Positions 34,820 to 44,317 of a stretch of DNA of 64,000 nt are shown here, piece after piece. The DNA lies in assembly GCA_045532175.1 (NCBI GenBank), contig JAZSFK010000028.1, forward strand, positions 11,752-75,751, in the 5' to 3' direction. This DNA comes from Candidatus Fimenecus sp. (GTDB lineage Bacteria; Bacillota; Clostridia; Oscillospirales; Acutalibacteraceae). Every line of letters starts with the position of its first letter. Position 1 is the first letter of the stretch. Under the pieces are notes generated by a model, which was given only the letters and a program-made list of their open reading frames with translations, did no database searches and was not told the DNA's origin. Position numbers and translations under genes: made by a program.

Positions 34820-35785
34820 ATGAACTTTAAAGAAATCGGGAATAATGGCCTTGTTGAGGGCTATGCTGTTATAAAACAATGCGACAAGAAAACTGCAAAA
34901 AACGGAAATGCTTATCTCGACCTCGTACTTTCAGATAAAGAAGGCGAAATTTTTGCAAAGCTTTGGGATTACAGTGAAGTTCCACACGGCAAATATGATG
35001 CGGATATGTTCGTCAAGGTAAGAGGTCAGATTTCACAATACAATGGTCACGACCAATTGAGAATAGACAGAATTCGTCCTGTAGTCGAAGGTGACGGTGT
35101 GGATGTTGCTGATTATGTTAAATCTGCCGATTATAGTGGCGAAGATATGTTTAATCATCTTTTGTCTCTCGTGAATAATTTTAAAGACGAAGACTTAAAG
35201 AAGATAGTTACATACCTTCTCAATGAAAATAAGGAGAAAATTCTTTATTTCCCTGCGGCTTTCAGGCTTCACCACGCAATCCGTTGTGGACTTTTAATGC
35301 ACACAACATCAATCGTTAAACTTTGTGAGGGTGTATGCAAGGTTTATCCTTTTGTTAATCGTGAATTGCTTATTTCAGGTGCAATTTTGCACGATATAGC
35401 AAAAACAGTTGAATTTGACGTTGGCGAAACAGGAATTGCATCAGGCTATACCGTTGAAGGTAACCTTATAGGACATCTTGTTATGGGTGCTATGATGGTT
35501 AAAGATGCAAGTAAAAAACTTTCAATAGATAATGAAAAATCACTACTTTTACAACATATGATTATCTCCCACCATGGCGAACCTGATTTTGGTGCTGCAG
35601 TAAGACCATTGTTTTTAGAAGCAGAGCTACTTTCACAACTTGACTTGATGGATGCAAGGGTTTATGAAATTATGGATGCTGTAAGCGGTGTAGAAAAAGG
35701 CGAGTTTACAAACCGACTTTGGGCGTTGGAAGACAGAAAGTTCTATAAATACAATGATGCAACTTTAAAGGTTGACATTTTGTAA
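34820..35785 (+). CDS. yhaM: 3'-5' exoribonuclease YhaM family (OB fold + HD domain)
   Basis: Start at MNFKEIG... OB-fold part is KNGNAYLDLVLSDKEGEIFAKLWDY. HD-domain motifs are HHA..GLLMHT, LHDIAK and ISHHG. Confidence 0.8.
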   Translation: MNFKEIGNNGLVEGYAVIKQCDKKTAKNGNAYLDLVLSDKEGEIFAKLWDYSEVPHGKYDADMFVKVRGQISQYNGHDQLRIDRIRPVVEGDGVDVADYVKSADYSGEDMFNHLLSLVNNFKDEDLKKIVTYLLNENKEKILYFPAAFRLHHAIRCGLLMHTTSIVKLCEGVCKVYPFVNRELLISGAILHDIAKTVEFDVGETGIASGYTVEGNLIGHLVMGAMMVKDASKKLSIDNEKSLLLQHMIISHHGEPDFGAAVRPLFLEAELLSQLDLMDARVYEIMDAVSGVEKGEFTNRLWALEDRKFYKYNDATLKVDIL

Positions 35786-35823
35786 TAAAAAAGGGAAAAT
35801 TAAAATATAAAGGGGAATGTGTT

Positions 35824-36849
35824 ATGAGAAATCATTTTGTAGGTAAACCGGTTGACCTTCTTAAATGTGACGGTAGTCTTGTTGAACCCGGTTGGTCAAC
35901 AAAACAGGTATGGAAATATGACAAAAATGCAATTAAGTCAAATGTTTTCAGAATTAAGGAGTGGGACTATTATCTTGTGTTAGCACAGGATTTTGGTGTT
36001 GCATTTACCGTTTCTGATTTAGGTTTTGCAGGACTTCATTCTGTATCATTCCTTGACTTTAAAACACCTTGCGAAACTACAAAGAGTGAAATGCCATTCT
36101 TCACAATGGGTAAAACAAATATGCCACCAACAAGCAGTGAGGGTAATGTTCATTTTGGCAACAAAAATCTTACTCTTGACTACATTAAAACAGACGGGCA
36201 AAGAAGAATTGTTTGTACATACAAGAATTTTAAAGATGGTAAAGACTTTAAATGTGATATCTGTCTTGACCAGCCTGATATGGATTCAATGGTTATTACA
36301 ATTCCTTGGAAAAAGAACAAGAGATGCTTCTATTATAACCAGAAAATCAATTGTATGAGAGCATCAGGTTGGGTAACTGTTGGTGATGAAAAATATGAGT
36401 TCAACCCTGCAACGGACTTTGGCACTCTTGACTGGGGACGTGGTGTCTGGACTTACGACAACACATGGTTCTGGGGTTCAGGTAACTGTGATTTGGATGG
36501 CCATGCATTCGGCTTTAATATCGGCTACGGCTTTGGCGATAACTCTGCTGCAACGGAAAACGTTCTTTTCTATGATGGTGTTGCTCATAAGCTTGATGAT
36601 ATTTATTTCAATATGCCTGAAAACGGAAGTTATACAGACCCTTGGACATTCTCATCATCCGACGGCAGATTTGAAATGGATTTTGTGCCGATAATCGACC
36701 GTAGTGCATTTATTGATTTCAAAGCAATTATTTCTGACCAACATCAGGTTTTCGGAAGAATGAGCGGTAAAGCAGTCCTTGACGACGGCACAGTCCTCGA
36801 AATCAAAGATATGCTTATGTTCGCAGAAAAAGTTCATAATAGATATTAA
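35824..36849 (+). CDS. DUF2804-family protein
   Basis: 341 aa. The N-terminal pattern ..GWS.K..W.YD......F.IKEWDYY.. and WGRGVW.Y...W.WG are recalled from DUF2804 proteins. Function unknown. Confidence 0.5.
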   Translation: MRNHFVGKPVDLLKCDGSLVEPGWSTKQVWKYDKNAIKSNVFRIKEWDYYLVLAQDFGVAFTVSDLGFAGLHSVSFLDFKTPCETTKSEMPFFTMGKTNMPPTSSEGNVHFGNKNLTLDYIKTDGQRRIVCTYKNFKDGKDFKCDICLDQPDMDSMVITIPWKKNKRCFYYNQKINCMRASGWVTVGDEKYEFNPATDFGTLDWGRGVWTYDNTWFWGSGNCDLDGHAFGFNIGYGFGDNSAATENVLFYDGVAHKLDDIYFNMPENGSYTDPWTFSSSDGRFEMDFVPIIDRSAFIDFKAIISDQHQVFGRMSGKAVLDDGTVLEIKDMLMFAEKVHNRY

Positions 36850-36876
36850 TATTTAATAGTATAATAAAACGCGAAT

Positions 36877-36908
36877 AAGACTCCCTTTTATCAAGGGAGT
36901 CTTATTTT
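36877..36908. terminator. Bidirectional terminator between convergent genes
   Basis: AAGACTCCCTT / AAGGGAGTCTT stem followed by ATTTT. Confidence 0.75.
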
Positions 36909-37278
36909 AGTCTTCATTCAGTTGTCTTTGTAAATACTTTGGTAATTTTCCAATCACTACTTCATAACTATGGTCAATCATTTCAAAAATAATTTCATCG
37001 GGTACGGACCCATTAAGTGGAAATGTATTAAAATATGGTTGTTGAACAGGCGGACAATGATAACCTCTTACAACAGTATCAGGAAACATTTGTCTGTAAA
37101 ACTGTCCGGTCATTGCATCACATTTCAAAGTAACAGTATCTTTGCCTTTCAACTGGAAAAACTGTGCGAAAATTTTTTTCTCTACCTTAATTATTTCTGA
37201 ATCTGGTCCAAATGGGTGGTCTAAATATGCACCATTTTTTGTAAGACAATACTCTATTAATTCTTGGGGTGTTATCAT
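36907..37278 (-). CDS. MmcQ/YjbR family DNA-binding protein
   Basis: 123 aa. The N-terminus ..L.EYCL.K.GA..DHPFG.D is typical of YjbR. Its start overlaps the trmL stop. Confidence 0.65.
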   Translation of the reverse strand: MITPQELIEYCLTKNGAYLDHPFGPDSEIIKVEKKIFAQFFQLKGKDTVTLKCDAMTGQFYRQMFPDTVVRGYHCPPVQQPYFNTFPLNGSVPDEIIFEMIDHSYEVVIGKLPKYLQRQLNED

Positions 37279-37781
37279 TGTTGGTCACTCCAGTTATAAT
37301 TCCTCAATTCTCCACTTTCAAGGAGTTGTGGATAATCCCATTGTCTTAATGTTTCGTAAACACCGATTGCAACTGCATTTGAAAGATTAAGGCTTCTTGC
37401 CTCGTCAATCATGGGGATTCTCACGCATTTGTCTGCATTTTCAAAAAGTAATTTTTCAGGTAATCCTGCAGTTTCCTTACCAAAAACAAGATATGTATTA
37501 TCGGGATATTTTACATCTGAATGTCGGTTTTGTGCTTTTGTTGAAAAATAGAAGAAATTGCCACCTTTGTTTTTCTCGAAAAATTCTTCCATAGTGTCAT
37601 AGTAGGTAATATCAAGCAGATACCAATAATCAAGACCTGCTCTTTTAAGTTTTTTGTCGTCAGGTGTAAACCCCATTTTACCAACGAGATGCAATCTTGC
37701 ACCTGTTGCTGCACAAGTTCTTGCAACATTACCTGTATTTTGTGGAATTTCTGGCTCAACCATTACTATATTAAGTGTCAT
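37275..37781 (-). CDS. trmL: tRNA (cytidine/uridine-2'-O)-methyltransferase TrmL (SpoU/TrmH class)
   Basis: ATG 37781 follows AAAGGTGA; the track's GTG 37790 lies inside the RBS. Motifs LNIVMVEPEIPQNTGNVARTCAATG, VFG.E..GL and SLNLSNAVAI. Confidence 0.85.
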   Translation of the reverse strand: MTLNIVMVEPEIPQNTGNVARTCAATGARLHLVGKMGFTPDDKKLKRAGLDYWYLLDITYYDTMEEFFEKNKGGNFFYFSTKAQNRHSDVKYPDNTYLVFGKETAGLPEKLLFENADKCVRIPMIDEARSLNLSNAVAIGVYETLRQWDYPQLLESGELRNYNWSDQQ

Positions 37782-37940
37782 TTTTATCACCTTTAATTTT
37801 CAAAATTTTTCTGAATAAAAGTATAACATTTTTAGAAATAATTTTAAATACAAAATCATAATTTTTTTATTTCATTTTCTAAAAATATTATTGTTCATTA
37901 AAAATTTTTTATGAGCAATCTGTGAAAAGGAGGAAGAAAA

Positions 37941-38120
37941 ATGGATAAGAAGCAAGTTGGTAAGGTTGTTGGTGCAACAATGCTTGCAGGTACAGCAGCG
38001 GCGGCAGTAACAAGTTCAATGACTGACAAAAACACTAAAAAGAAGATGAAGAAAACAGCAAAAAAGGCTATGGACACGGTCAATAACGTAGTTGATAATG
38101 TCAACAAGATGATGAAATAA
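37941..38120 (+). CDS. 59-aa Lys-rich small protein (unknown function; possibly spore-associated by context)
   Basis: Strong RBS AAAGGAGGAAG 6 nt upstream. Sequence MDKKQVGKVVGATMLAGTAAAAVTSSMTDKNTKKKMKKTAKKAMDTVNNVVDNVNKMMK. The antisense track ORF 37898..38107 has no RBS. Confidence 0.5.
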   Translation: MDKKQVGKVVGATMLAGTAAAAVTSSMTDKNTKKKMKKTAKKAMDTVNNVVDNVNKMMK

Positions 38121-38131
38121 GGTGCTTTGAA

Positions 38132-39010
38132 ATGAAAAGAGTATTACAATTTTTCATTGTTGCAGCTTGTTTGTCATTGTTTTGTTCCTGCGAAAGACTT
38201 ACTATGCCTAAGTATAATAAGGTTACAGAGCCTTCAACTGAAGTCAATGAGAATACTACTACGGAACAACCCGATACAACAGTAAACATCACACCAATGG
38301 CAAGTAATTCAAGTGAAAAGAAATCGCACAGCTATGGTGTTGCCAAGAACGGTAAGGCAAATGAAATATCAATAAATGCACAGAATTATTTTATTGATAA
38401 TAATTTTAAGGCATTTTGCCTCGATACTAAAACGGATAAAAAAATTATGTATCTTACTTTCGACTGCGGATATGAAAATGGTTACACTTCAAAAATACTT
38501 GATGTGTTAAAAGAGAAAAATGTCAATGCAGCATTTTTCTGCACATTACCACAAGTAAAGGCAAATCCTGATTTGATAAAAAGAATGATAGATGAGGGCC
38601 ATATTGTTGGTAATCACTCCGTAACCCATCCGTCTTTTGCAGAAATTTCAACTGAACAGATGAAAACGGAAATCAAAGGTATGGAAGATTATTTAAAGAC
38701 AAATTTCAATTATTGTGAACCTTATTTCAGGTTTCCGAAAGGTGAATATACCGATACGGCATTAAAAACAATTGAAGAATTGGGCTATACAAGTGTTTTC
38801 TGGTCACTTGCATATGCCGATTGGGATTTGAATAATCAAAAAGGCGAGGATTACGCATTTCAGACTGTGGTGTCACGTTTTCATCCCGGTGCAGTAATCC
38901 TTTTGCACTCAGTATCACCTGATAATGCAAATGCTTTAGGCAGAATAATTGATGAGGCGAGAAATCAGGGATATGAATTCTGTTCATTAAGAGATTATGT
39001 GTCGAATTAG
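38132..39010 (+). CDS. pdaA: Delta-lactam-biosynthetic de-N-acetylase PdaA (polysaccharide deacetylase, spore cortex)
   Basis: Lipoprotein-like signal FIVAACLSLFCSC. Co-linear with my recollection of B. subtilis PdaA: LTFDCGYENGYT, EGHIVGNHSVTHP, FWSLAYADWDLNNQKG, HPGAVILLHSVSPDNA. Confidence 0.8.
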   Translation: MKRVLQFFIVAACLSLFCSCERLTMPKYNKVTEPSTEVNENTTTEQPDTTVNITPMASNSSEKKSHSYGVAKNGKANEISINAQNYFIDNNFKAFCLDTKTDKKIMYLTFDCGYENGYTSKILDVLKEKNVNAAFFCTLPQVKANPDLIKRMIDEGHIVGNHSVTHPSFAEISTEQMKTEIKGMEDYLKTNFNYCEPYFRFPKGEYTDTALKTIEELGYTSVFWSLAYADWDLNNQKGEDYAFQTVVSRFHPGAVILLHSVSPDNANALGRIIDEARNQGYEFCSLRDYVSN

Positions 39011-39104
39011 CAAAAATTTTCAATAATATTTAGTCGTAAGATGATAACACTACTACTGCAAACGCAATTGATATATAATATTAATTGATAAGGGGTGTTA
39101 TAGA

Positions 39105-39299
39105 ATGTCAAGAGGTAATAAGAACGTAGTACCTGAGGCTCGTGAAGCTCTCAACCGTTTTAAGATGGAAGCAGCTTCTGAAGTTGGTGTAAACCTTAAG
39201 AATGGTTACAATGGTGACCTTACTTCAAAGCAGGCCGGTTCAGTTGGCGGTCAGATGGTTAAAAAGATGATTAAGTCATACGAAGAAAATATGAAATAA
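39105..39299 (+). CDS. Alpha/beta-type small acid-soluble spore protein
   Basis: 64 aa. Motifs VPEAREALNRFKMEAASEVGV and LTSKQAGSVGGQMVKKMI. Confidence 0.92.
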   Translation: MSRGNKNVVPEAREALNRFKMEAASEVGVNLKNGYNGDLTSKQAGSVGGQMVKKMIKSYEENMK

Positions 39300-39321
39300 C
39301 AATCATTAAGTCTCTTTCAAG

Positions 39322-39357
39322 GACCTGGTGGGAAATATCCTATCAGGTCTGTTTTTT
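39322..39357 (+). terminator. Terminator after the SASP gene
   Basis: GACCTG..CAGGTC hairpin followed by TGTTTTTT. Confidence 0.7.
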
Positions 39358-39457
39358 AACAAAAATTTTTAAAATAAATCTTAAAAAAGTCTTGGAAAAA
39401 TTATTATAATGTTATATAATATTTTAAATATATATGTATAAAGGGGAGGTAGGCACT

Positions 39458-40426
39458 TTGGCATCAAAGTATTCTGTTTCGCTGGAAAAAATAATTACTG
39501 AATTTGGTTTTGAGACTCTATATTTACCTTGTGACGCATCTGAGCTTTCAATAACATCTCAAGAAGTAAATAGGCCCGGTCTTTTACTTGCGGGTAACGA
39601 TAAATATTTCGACCCCGCTCGTGTTCAATATTTAGGTTTTTCCGAGTTTGAATTTATAAAATCCTTTGATAAAGAAAAACAGCTTGAGTGTATTGACCGT
39701 CTTTTCAGCAAGCAACCACCCGTTGTAATTATTACAAGAAGTCTTGAGCCTCTTGATGGTATGGTTGAAGCCGCAAAAAAATATCGTGTTCCGATTATCA
39801 GAACAGTAGAAGCAACATCTGCAAGTATGTCAACACTTATATATTTCCTTGGTACTGCACTTGCACCTCGTATAACACGTCATGGTGTTCTTGTTGAGGT
39901 TTATGGAGAAGGTGTTTTAATTGTTGGCGACAGCGGTGTTGGAAAAAGTGAAACTGCTATCGAGCTTATTAAACGCGGTCATCGTCTGATTGCTGATGAT
40001 GCTGTTGAAATCAGAAAAGCATCAGCCAAAACTCTTGTAGGCTCTGCACCTGATAATATTCGACATTTTATTGAACTTCGCGGTATTGGTATTATCAATG
40101 CCCGTCGTCTTTTTGGTATGGGTGCTGTTAAAATGACTGAAAAAATCAATATGGTTGTTCAGCTTGAGCCGTGGGACAGTTCAAAGGTGTATGACCGTAT
40201 GGGACTTGATAATGAGTACATAAATATTATGGATGTTAAAATTCCCCTTACGGTTGTTCCTGTAAAACCCGGTCGAAACCTTGCTATTATCATAGAGTGT
40301 GCAGCGATGAATAACAGACAGAAAAAAATGGGTTACAATGCTGCTCGTGAGCTTCTTCATCAGCTTGGTATGGATGAGGGTTATGAACCCAAGGCACACG
40401 AAATTGACATCTGGCAAAATTATTAA
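39458..40426 (+). CDS. hprK: HPr kinase/phosphorylase
   Basis: Likely TTG start 7 nt after GGGGAGGT. Walker A GDSGVGKSE, then LIKRGHRLIADDAVEI and IELRGIGIIN. Confidence 0.9.
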   Translation: MASKYSVSLEKIITEFGFETLYLPCDASELSITSQEVNRPGLLLAGNDKYFDPARVQYLGFSEFEFIKSFDKEKQLECIDRLFSKQPPVVIITRSLEPLDGMVEAAKKYRVPIIRTVEATSASMSTLIYFLGTALAPRITRHGVLVEVYGEGVLIVGDSGVGKSETAIELIKRGHRLIADDAVEIRKASAKTLVGSAPDNIRHFIELRGIGIINARRLFGMGAVKMTEKINMVVQLEPWDSSKVYDRMGLDNEYINIMDVKIPLTVVPVKPGRNLAIIIECAAMNNRQKKMGYNAARELLHQLGMDEGYEPKAHEIDIWQNY

Positions 40427-40450
40427 ATCTTTAAGAAAGAAGGAAAATCA

Positions 40451-41356
40451 GTGTATAAGGAAATTGCATTATTTGCTGAAAATTTAGGTGCAATCGTTGA
40501 ATTTAACGCACCGATGAAAAAATATACAAGCTTTAAATGTGGTGGTAATGCAAGTCTTTTGATTACACCTGATTCTGTTGATTCTTTGCAGCAGATTATA
40601 TCTTTTTGTCACTCAAAAAATGTAAAACCATTGATTATCGGCAATGGCTCAAATCTTTTAATTACAGACAACGGAATAGAGAATGTTGTTATCAAAATTG
40701 GCTCTAAAATGTCAAAAATGGAGCTTGTTGATGAAACAACAATCTGTTGTGAAGCAGGAGCATCGTTAAAGAGTCTTTGTATGTTTGCGCTTGAAAACTC
40801 CCTTTCAGGACTTGAATTTGCCTATGGTATTCCGGGCACACTCGGTGGTGCGGTCTATATGAACGCAGGTGCTTATGGCGGAGAAATGAAGGATGTTTTG
40901 TTCTCTTGTAAGCACATAGATTCAAATGGGAATATCGGTGAGTTGTCACGAGATGAACTTAATTTAAGATACCGTGGCAGTGCTTATACTGACAATGGCT
41001 TTACAGTTATTTCTGCCATTATGAAGCTTAAAAAAGCAGAGAAGAATGAAATTAAAGTCGCTATGGATGATAAATTGCAAAGGCGTAAGGATAAGCAACC
41101 CTTGGAATATCCAAGCGCAGGAAGCACCTTTAAACGTCCTGAAGGCTATTTTGCAGGTGCACTTATTCATGAGGCAGGTCTTAAAGGCTATACAGTTGGT
41201 GGTGCACAGGTAAGTGAAAAACATGCAGGTTTTGTTATAAATAAAAACAACGCAACTGCAACCGATGTGATTACTCTTATTAAAGATGTTCAGAAAATTG
41301 TATTTGAAAAGCACGGAGTAATGCTTGAGACAGAAGTTAAAATTATCGGCAATTAA
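40451..41356 (+). CDS. murB: UDP-N-acetylenolpyruvoylglucosamine reductase
   Basis: GTG start after GAAGGAAA. Motifs GGNASLLI, GNGSNLL, GIPGTLGGAVYMNAGAYG and SAGSTFKRP. Confidence 0.92.
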   Translation: MYKEIALFAENLGAIVEFNAPMKKYTSFKCGGNASLLITPDSVDSLQQIISFCHSKNVKPLIIGNGSNLLITDNGIENVVIKIGSKMSKMELVDETTICCEAGASLKSLCMFALENSLSGLEFAYGIPGTLGGAVYMNAGAYGGEMKDVLFSCKHIDSNGNIGELSRDELNLRYRGSAYTDNGFTVISAIMKLKKAEKNEIKVAMDDKLQRRKDKQPLEYPSAGSTFKRPEGYFAGALIHEAGLKGYTVGGAQVSEKHAGFVINKNNATATDVITLIKDVQKIVFEKHGVMLETEVKIIGN

Positions 41357-41383
41357 GTTGGCAAAATAAAAGGAGATACTAGT

Positions 41384-42244
41384 ATGCAACTTGTTATTGT
41401 TACAGGAATGTCCGGAGCAGGAAAATCAAGAGTTATCGACTCATTGGAGGACATTGGCTTTTTTTGTGTTGATAATATGACACCCAAACTTATCCCGACA
41501 TTTGTTCAGATTCTTAATGATTCTGCGGAACAAAGGGAAAAAGTGGCTATAGTGACCGATGTGCGCCTTGGCGGTTCATTTTCCAGTCTTTTCTCCGCAC
41601 TTGAAGAACTGAATTCTATGGAGTGCGAGTACAGAATTTTGTTTATAGATGCTGATAATGAAGTTATTTTAAGAAGATATCAGGAAACAAGAAGAAAACA
41701 TCCGCTTTCAAAGTTTGATGAATCCAAATCTTTGCAGGACATTATTTTGAAAGAAAGAGAAATGCTTAAGGATGTAAGGAATATTTCCAATTATGTTATT
41801 GATACATCATATATGTCCACATCACAACTTAAAGAACGTGTGGCAACCCTCTTCTTTGATGATGTTTCAAGAACAATGAAAATAAGTGTTTTATCTTTTG
41901 GCTTTAAATATGGTTCTCCAAAGGATTCAGACCTGGTTTTTGACGTTCGTTGTTTACCTAACCCATTTTATGTGCCTGAACTCAAACATCAGACAGGACT
42001 TGATAAGCCTGTTTATGATTATGTTATGGGTTTTGATGAAGCAAAGGGACTTGAACCAAAACTTCTTGACTTGGTTTCATATCTTGTTCCTTTGTATAGA
42101 AGTGAAGGAAAAAGTCAACTTACTATCGCTGTCGGTTGTACGGGTGGTAAACATCGTTCAGTTGTGTTTGCTGAAAAAATATATGAAAAGATTAAATCAG
42201 ACGGCTTTAATGTGTCCGTTTATCATAGAGATATAAATAGATAA
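41384..42244 (+). CDS. rapZ: RNase adapter protein RapZ (YvcJ)
   Basis: MQLVIVTGMSGAGKS.. followed by C-terminal CTGGKHRSV. 286 aa. Confidence 0.92.
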   Translation: MQLVIVTGMSGAGKSRVIDSLEDIGFFCVDNMTPKLIPTFVQILNDSAEQREKVAIVTDVRLGGSFSSLFSALEELNSMECEYRILFIDADNEVILRRYQETRRKHPLSKFDESKSLQDIILKEREMLKDVRNISNYVIDTSYMSTSQLKERVATLFFDDVSRTMKISVLSFGFKYGSPKDSDLVFDVRCLPNPFYVPELKHQTGLDKPVYDYVMGFDEAKGLEPKLLDLVSYLVPLYRSEGKSQLTIAVGCTGGKHRSVVFAEKIYEKIKSDGFNVSVYHRDINR

Positions 42245-42256
42245 AGGGTTTTTGAG

Positions 42257-43159
42257 ATGTCATTTTCTTCAGATGTGAAAAATGAAATACTTTCCGCAGA
42301 AATTGAAACGAACTGCTGTTTACATGCTTTTGCATACGGTATGATGTTGTTTTCAAGAGCTTTCTCATACTATGATATGTATTTGCTTACTGAACATAGT
42401 GGTGTAGCGAAAAAATATGCCGAGCTTATGACAACAGTGTGTGGAATTAAACCGAATTTTTCAAAATCTGATGCCGGAAAATATAAAATAGAGATTAAAA
42501 ATAAGGAAGACAGATTAAAGGTTTTGAAAACCTTTGGCTATGATAGGAAGAATGGTGCGTCAAGAATCAATTGGAGTAACTTTACAGATGAATGCTGTAA
42601 AATAGCATTTTTGAAGGGTGCATTTTTGACTTGTGGTACAGTAAACGACCCAAATAAAAACTACCATCTGGAATTTGTTGTTCCTTATCTTAATTTAAGT
42701 CGTGACCTTAATTTATTTATAAATGATTATGATGATTTGAATGTCGTGCCTAAAAGTGTGACAAGAAATTCTAACTATGTTATATATTTCAAGGATAGCG
42801 AATCAATAGAGGATGTGTTGACAGTAATGGGTGCATTTAATTCCTCGCTTGAAATAATGGGCGTTAAAATGTATAAGGATGTCCGAAATAATGTCAATCG
42901 CAAATTGAATTTTGAAAGTGCCAATCTTGATAAGACAATCTCTGCTGCATCAAAGCAGACAGACGCTATAATTCATATTAAAAAAACTGTTGGACTTTCA
43001 TATCTTTCTGATGATTTAAAGGAGATTGCCGAATTAAGACTGGAAAATCCTGATATGTCCCTGCGAGAATTGGGTGAAATTCTTTCAACACCCATTTCAC
43101 GTTCAGGAGTTAATCACAGACTCCAAAAAATATGTGATATCGCAAAAGTAGTTAAATGA
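42257..43159 (+). CDS. whiA: DNA-binding protein WhiA
   Basis: MSFSSDVKNEI.., LAGLIDADG-derived middle region, and a C-terminal HTH (LSLRELGEILSTPISRSGVNHRLQKI). Confidence 0.9.
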   Translation: MSFSSDVKNEILSAEIETNCCLHAFAYGMMLFSRAFSYYDMYLLTEHSGVAKKYAELMTTVCGIKPNFSKSDAGKYKIEIKNKEDRLKVLKTFGYDRKNGASRINWSNFTDECCKIAFLKGAFLTCGTVNDPNKNYHLEFVVPYLNLSRDLNLFINDYDDLNVVPKSVTRNSNYVIYFKDSESIEDVLTVMGAFNSSLEIMGVKMYKDVRNNVNRKLNFESANLDKTISAASKQTDAIIHIKKTVGLSYLSDDLKEIAELRLENPDMSLRELGEILSTPISRSGVNHRLQKICDIAKVVK

Positions 43160-43776
43160 AAGCTGGTAATTTAGTGAGAAAAACAGACGATTATTTTATT
43201 ACATATAATAACAGTAATAAAAAGACTCCTGTTAAAACAAAAAAATCCGGGTGGTATATTTTTTATAATTGGCTGGATTCTTTGGTTTTTGCTATTATTT
43301 TAATCTTGATAGTTTTTGCCTTTTTCTTTAGAATCGTAGGAGTAAATGGTGATTCTATGAATCCAACTCTCAAAAATGGGGAGTGGCTCACTGTAAGTGC
43401 AATTAATAAAACTATTGACAGAGGAGATATTGTTGTTATTACACAGCCCAATGTGCTTAATGAACCATTAATTAAGAGAGTGGTTGCAGTTGGCGGAAAT
43501 ACAATTGATATTGATTTTAAAACAGGTGACGTAATAATTAACGGACAAATTGTAGACGAACCTTTTATTAAGGCGAAAACACATAAGCAAGGTGATTTTG
43601 AAGGCCCAATAACAATTCCTAAAGGATATGTTTTCGTTATGGGCGATAATCGTAATGATTCCCTTGATAGTAGATATAATGTAATTGGACTTATCGATGA
43701 AAGATATGTCCTCGGTGTTGTAGATTATAGATTATTCCCTATGGGTGAAGTGGAGAATACTGATGATGGAAAATAA
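43156..43776 (+). CDS. lepB: Signal peptidase I (copy 1)
   Basis: TM, then GDSMNPTL (Ser), IKRVVAVGGNTI (Lys) and GDNRNDSLDSRY. Confidence 0.88.
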   Translation: MKAGNLVRKTDDYFITYNNSNKKTPVKTKKSGWYIFYNWLDSLVFAIILILIVFAFFFRIVGVNGDSMNPTLKNGEWLTVSAINKTIDRGDIVVITQPNVLNEPLIKRVVAVGGNTIDIDFKTGDVIINGQIVDEPFIKAKTHKQGDFEGPITIPKGYVFVMGDNRNDSLDSRYNVIGLIDERYVLGVVDYRLFPMGEVENTDDGK

Positions 43777-44317
43777 AAAATCCGTTGTAAACGCATATGA
43801 TTTTATATCAATGGCTGTGTCCGCTGTCATTATTGTAGCAGTAATTTTTACATTTTTCTTTAAGATTTCCACTGTTAGCGGCAAATCGATGGAGAATACT
43901 CTTCATAATGGGGACCAATTGATTATAAGTGCCATACCGGGTGAAATTGAGTACGGTGATGTGGTTGTTGTATCTCAACCAAATGTTTACAGCAAGGTGC
44001 TTATAAAACGTGTAATTGCAGTTGGTGGACAAACAATTAAATTTGATGCCGTTAACAATCAAGTAAGTGTTGATGGTAAAGTCATTGATGAACCATATAT
44101 TAAGGAGGAAATGGAATATACTTTTTCAACCTCGAAAGAGTATGTTGTTCCTGAGGGTAAATTATTCTTAATGGGAGATAATCGTAATTTTTCTGCAGAT
44201 AGTCGAGATATCAGAATTGGTATGGTAGATGAAGATTACGTTGTTGGCAAAGTCATTTACAGATTTGGCGATAAGGCTATTTTTAATTCAAATTTTATGG
44301 AGGCACATAATGGCTGA
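43763..44317 (+). CDS. lepB: Signal peptidase I (copy 2)
   Basis: ATG 43763 after GGAGAA. Motifs GKSMENTL, IKRVIAVGGQTI and GDNRNFSADSR. It overlaps copy 1 by 14 nt. Confidence 0.88.
   Translation: MMENKKSVVNAYDFISMAVSAVIIVAVIFTFFFKISTVSGKSMENTLHNGDQLIISAIPGEIEYGDVVVVSQPNVYSKVLIKRVIAVGGQTIKFDAVNNQVSVDGKVIDEPYIKEEMEYTFSTSKEYVVPEGKLFLMGDNRNFSADSRDIRIGMVDEDYVVGKVIYRFGDKAIFNSNFMEAHNG

Noticed and set aside
37898-38107. 69-aa minus-strand hydrophobic ORF from the track
   Set aside because: It has a TTG start without an SD sequence. The opposite strand carries a strong AGGAGG RBS and a coherent 59-aa ORF, so the plus-strand reading is preferred.
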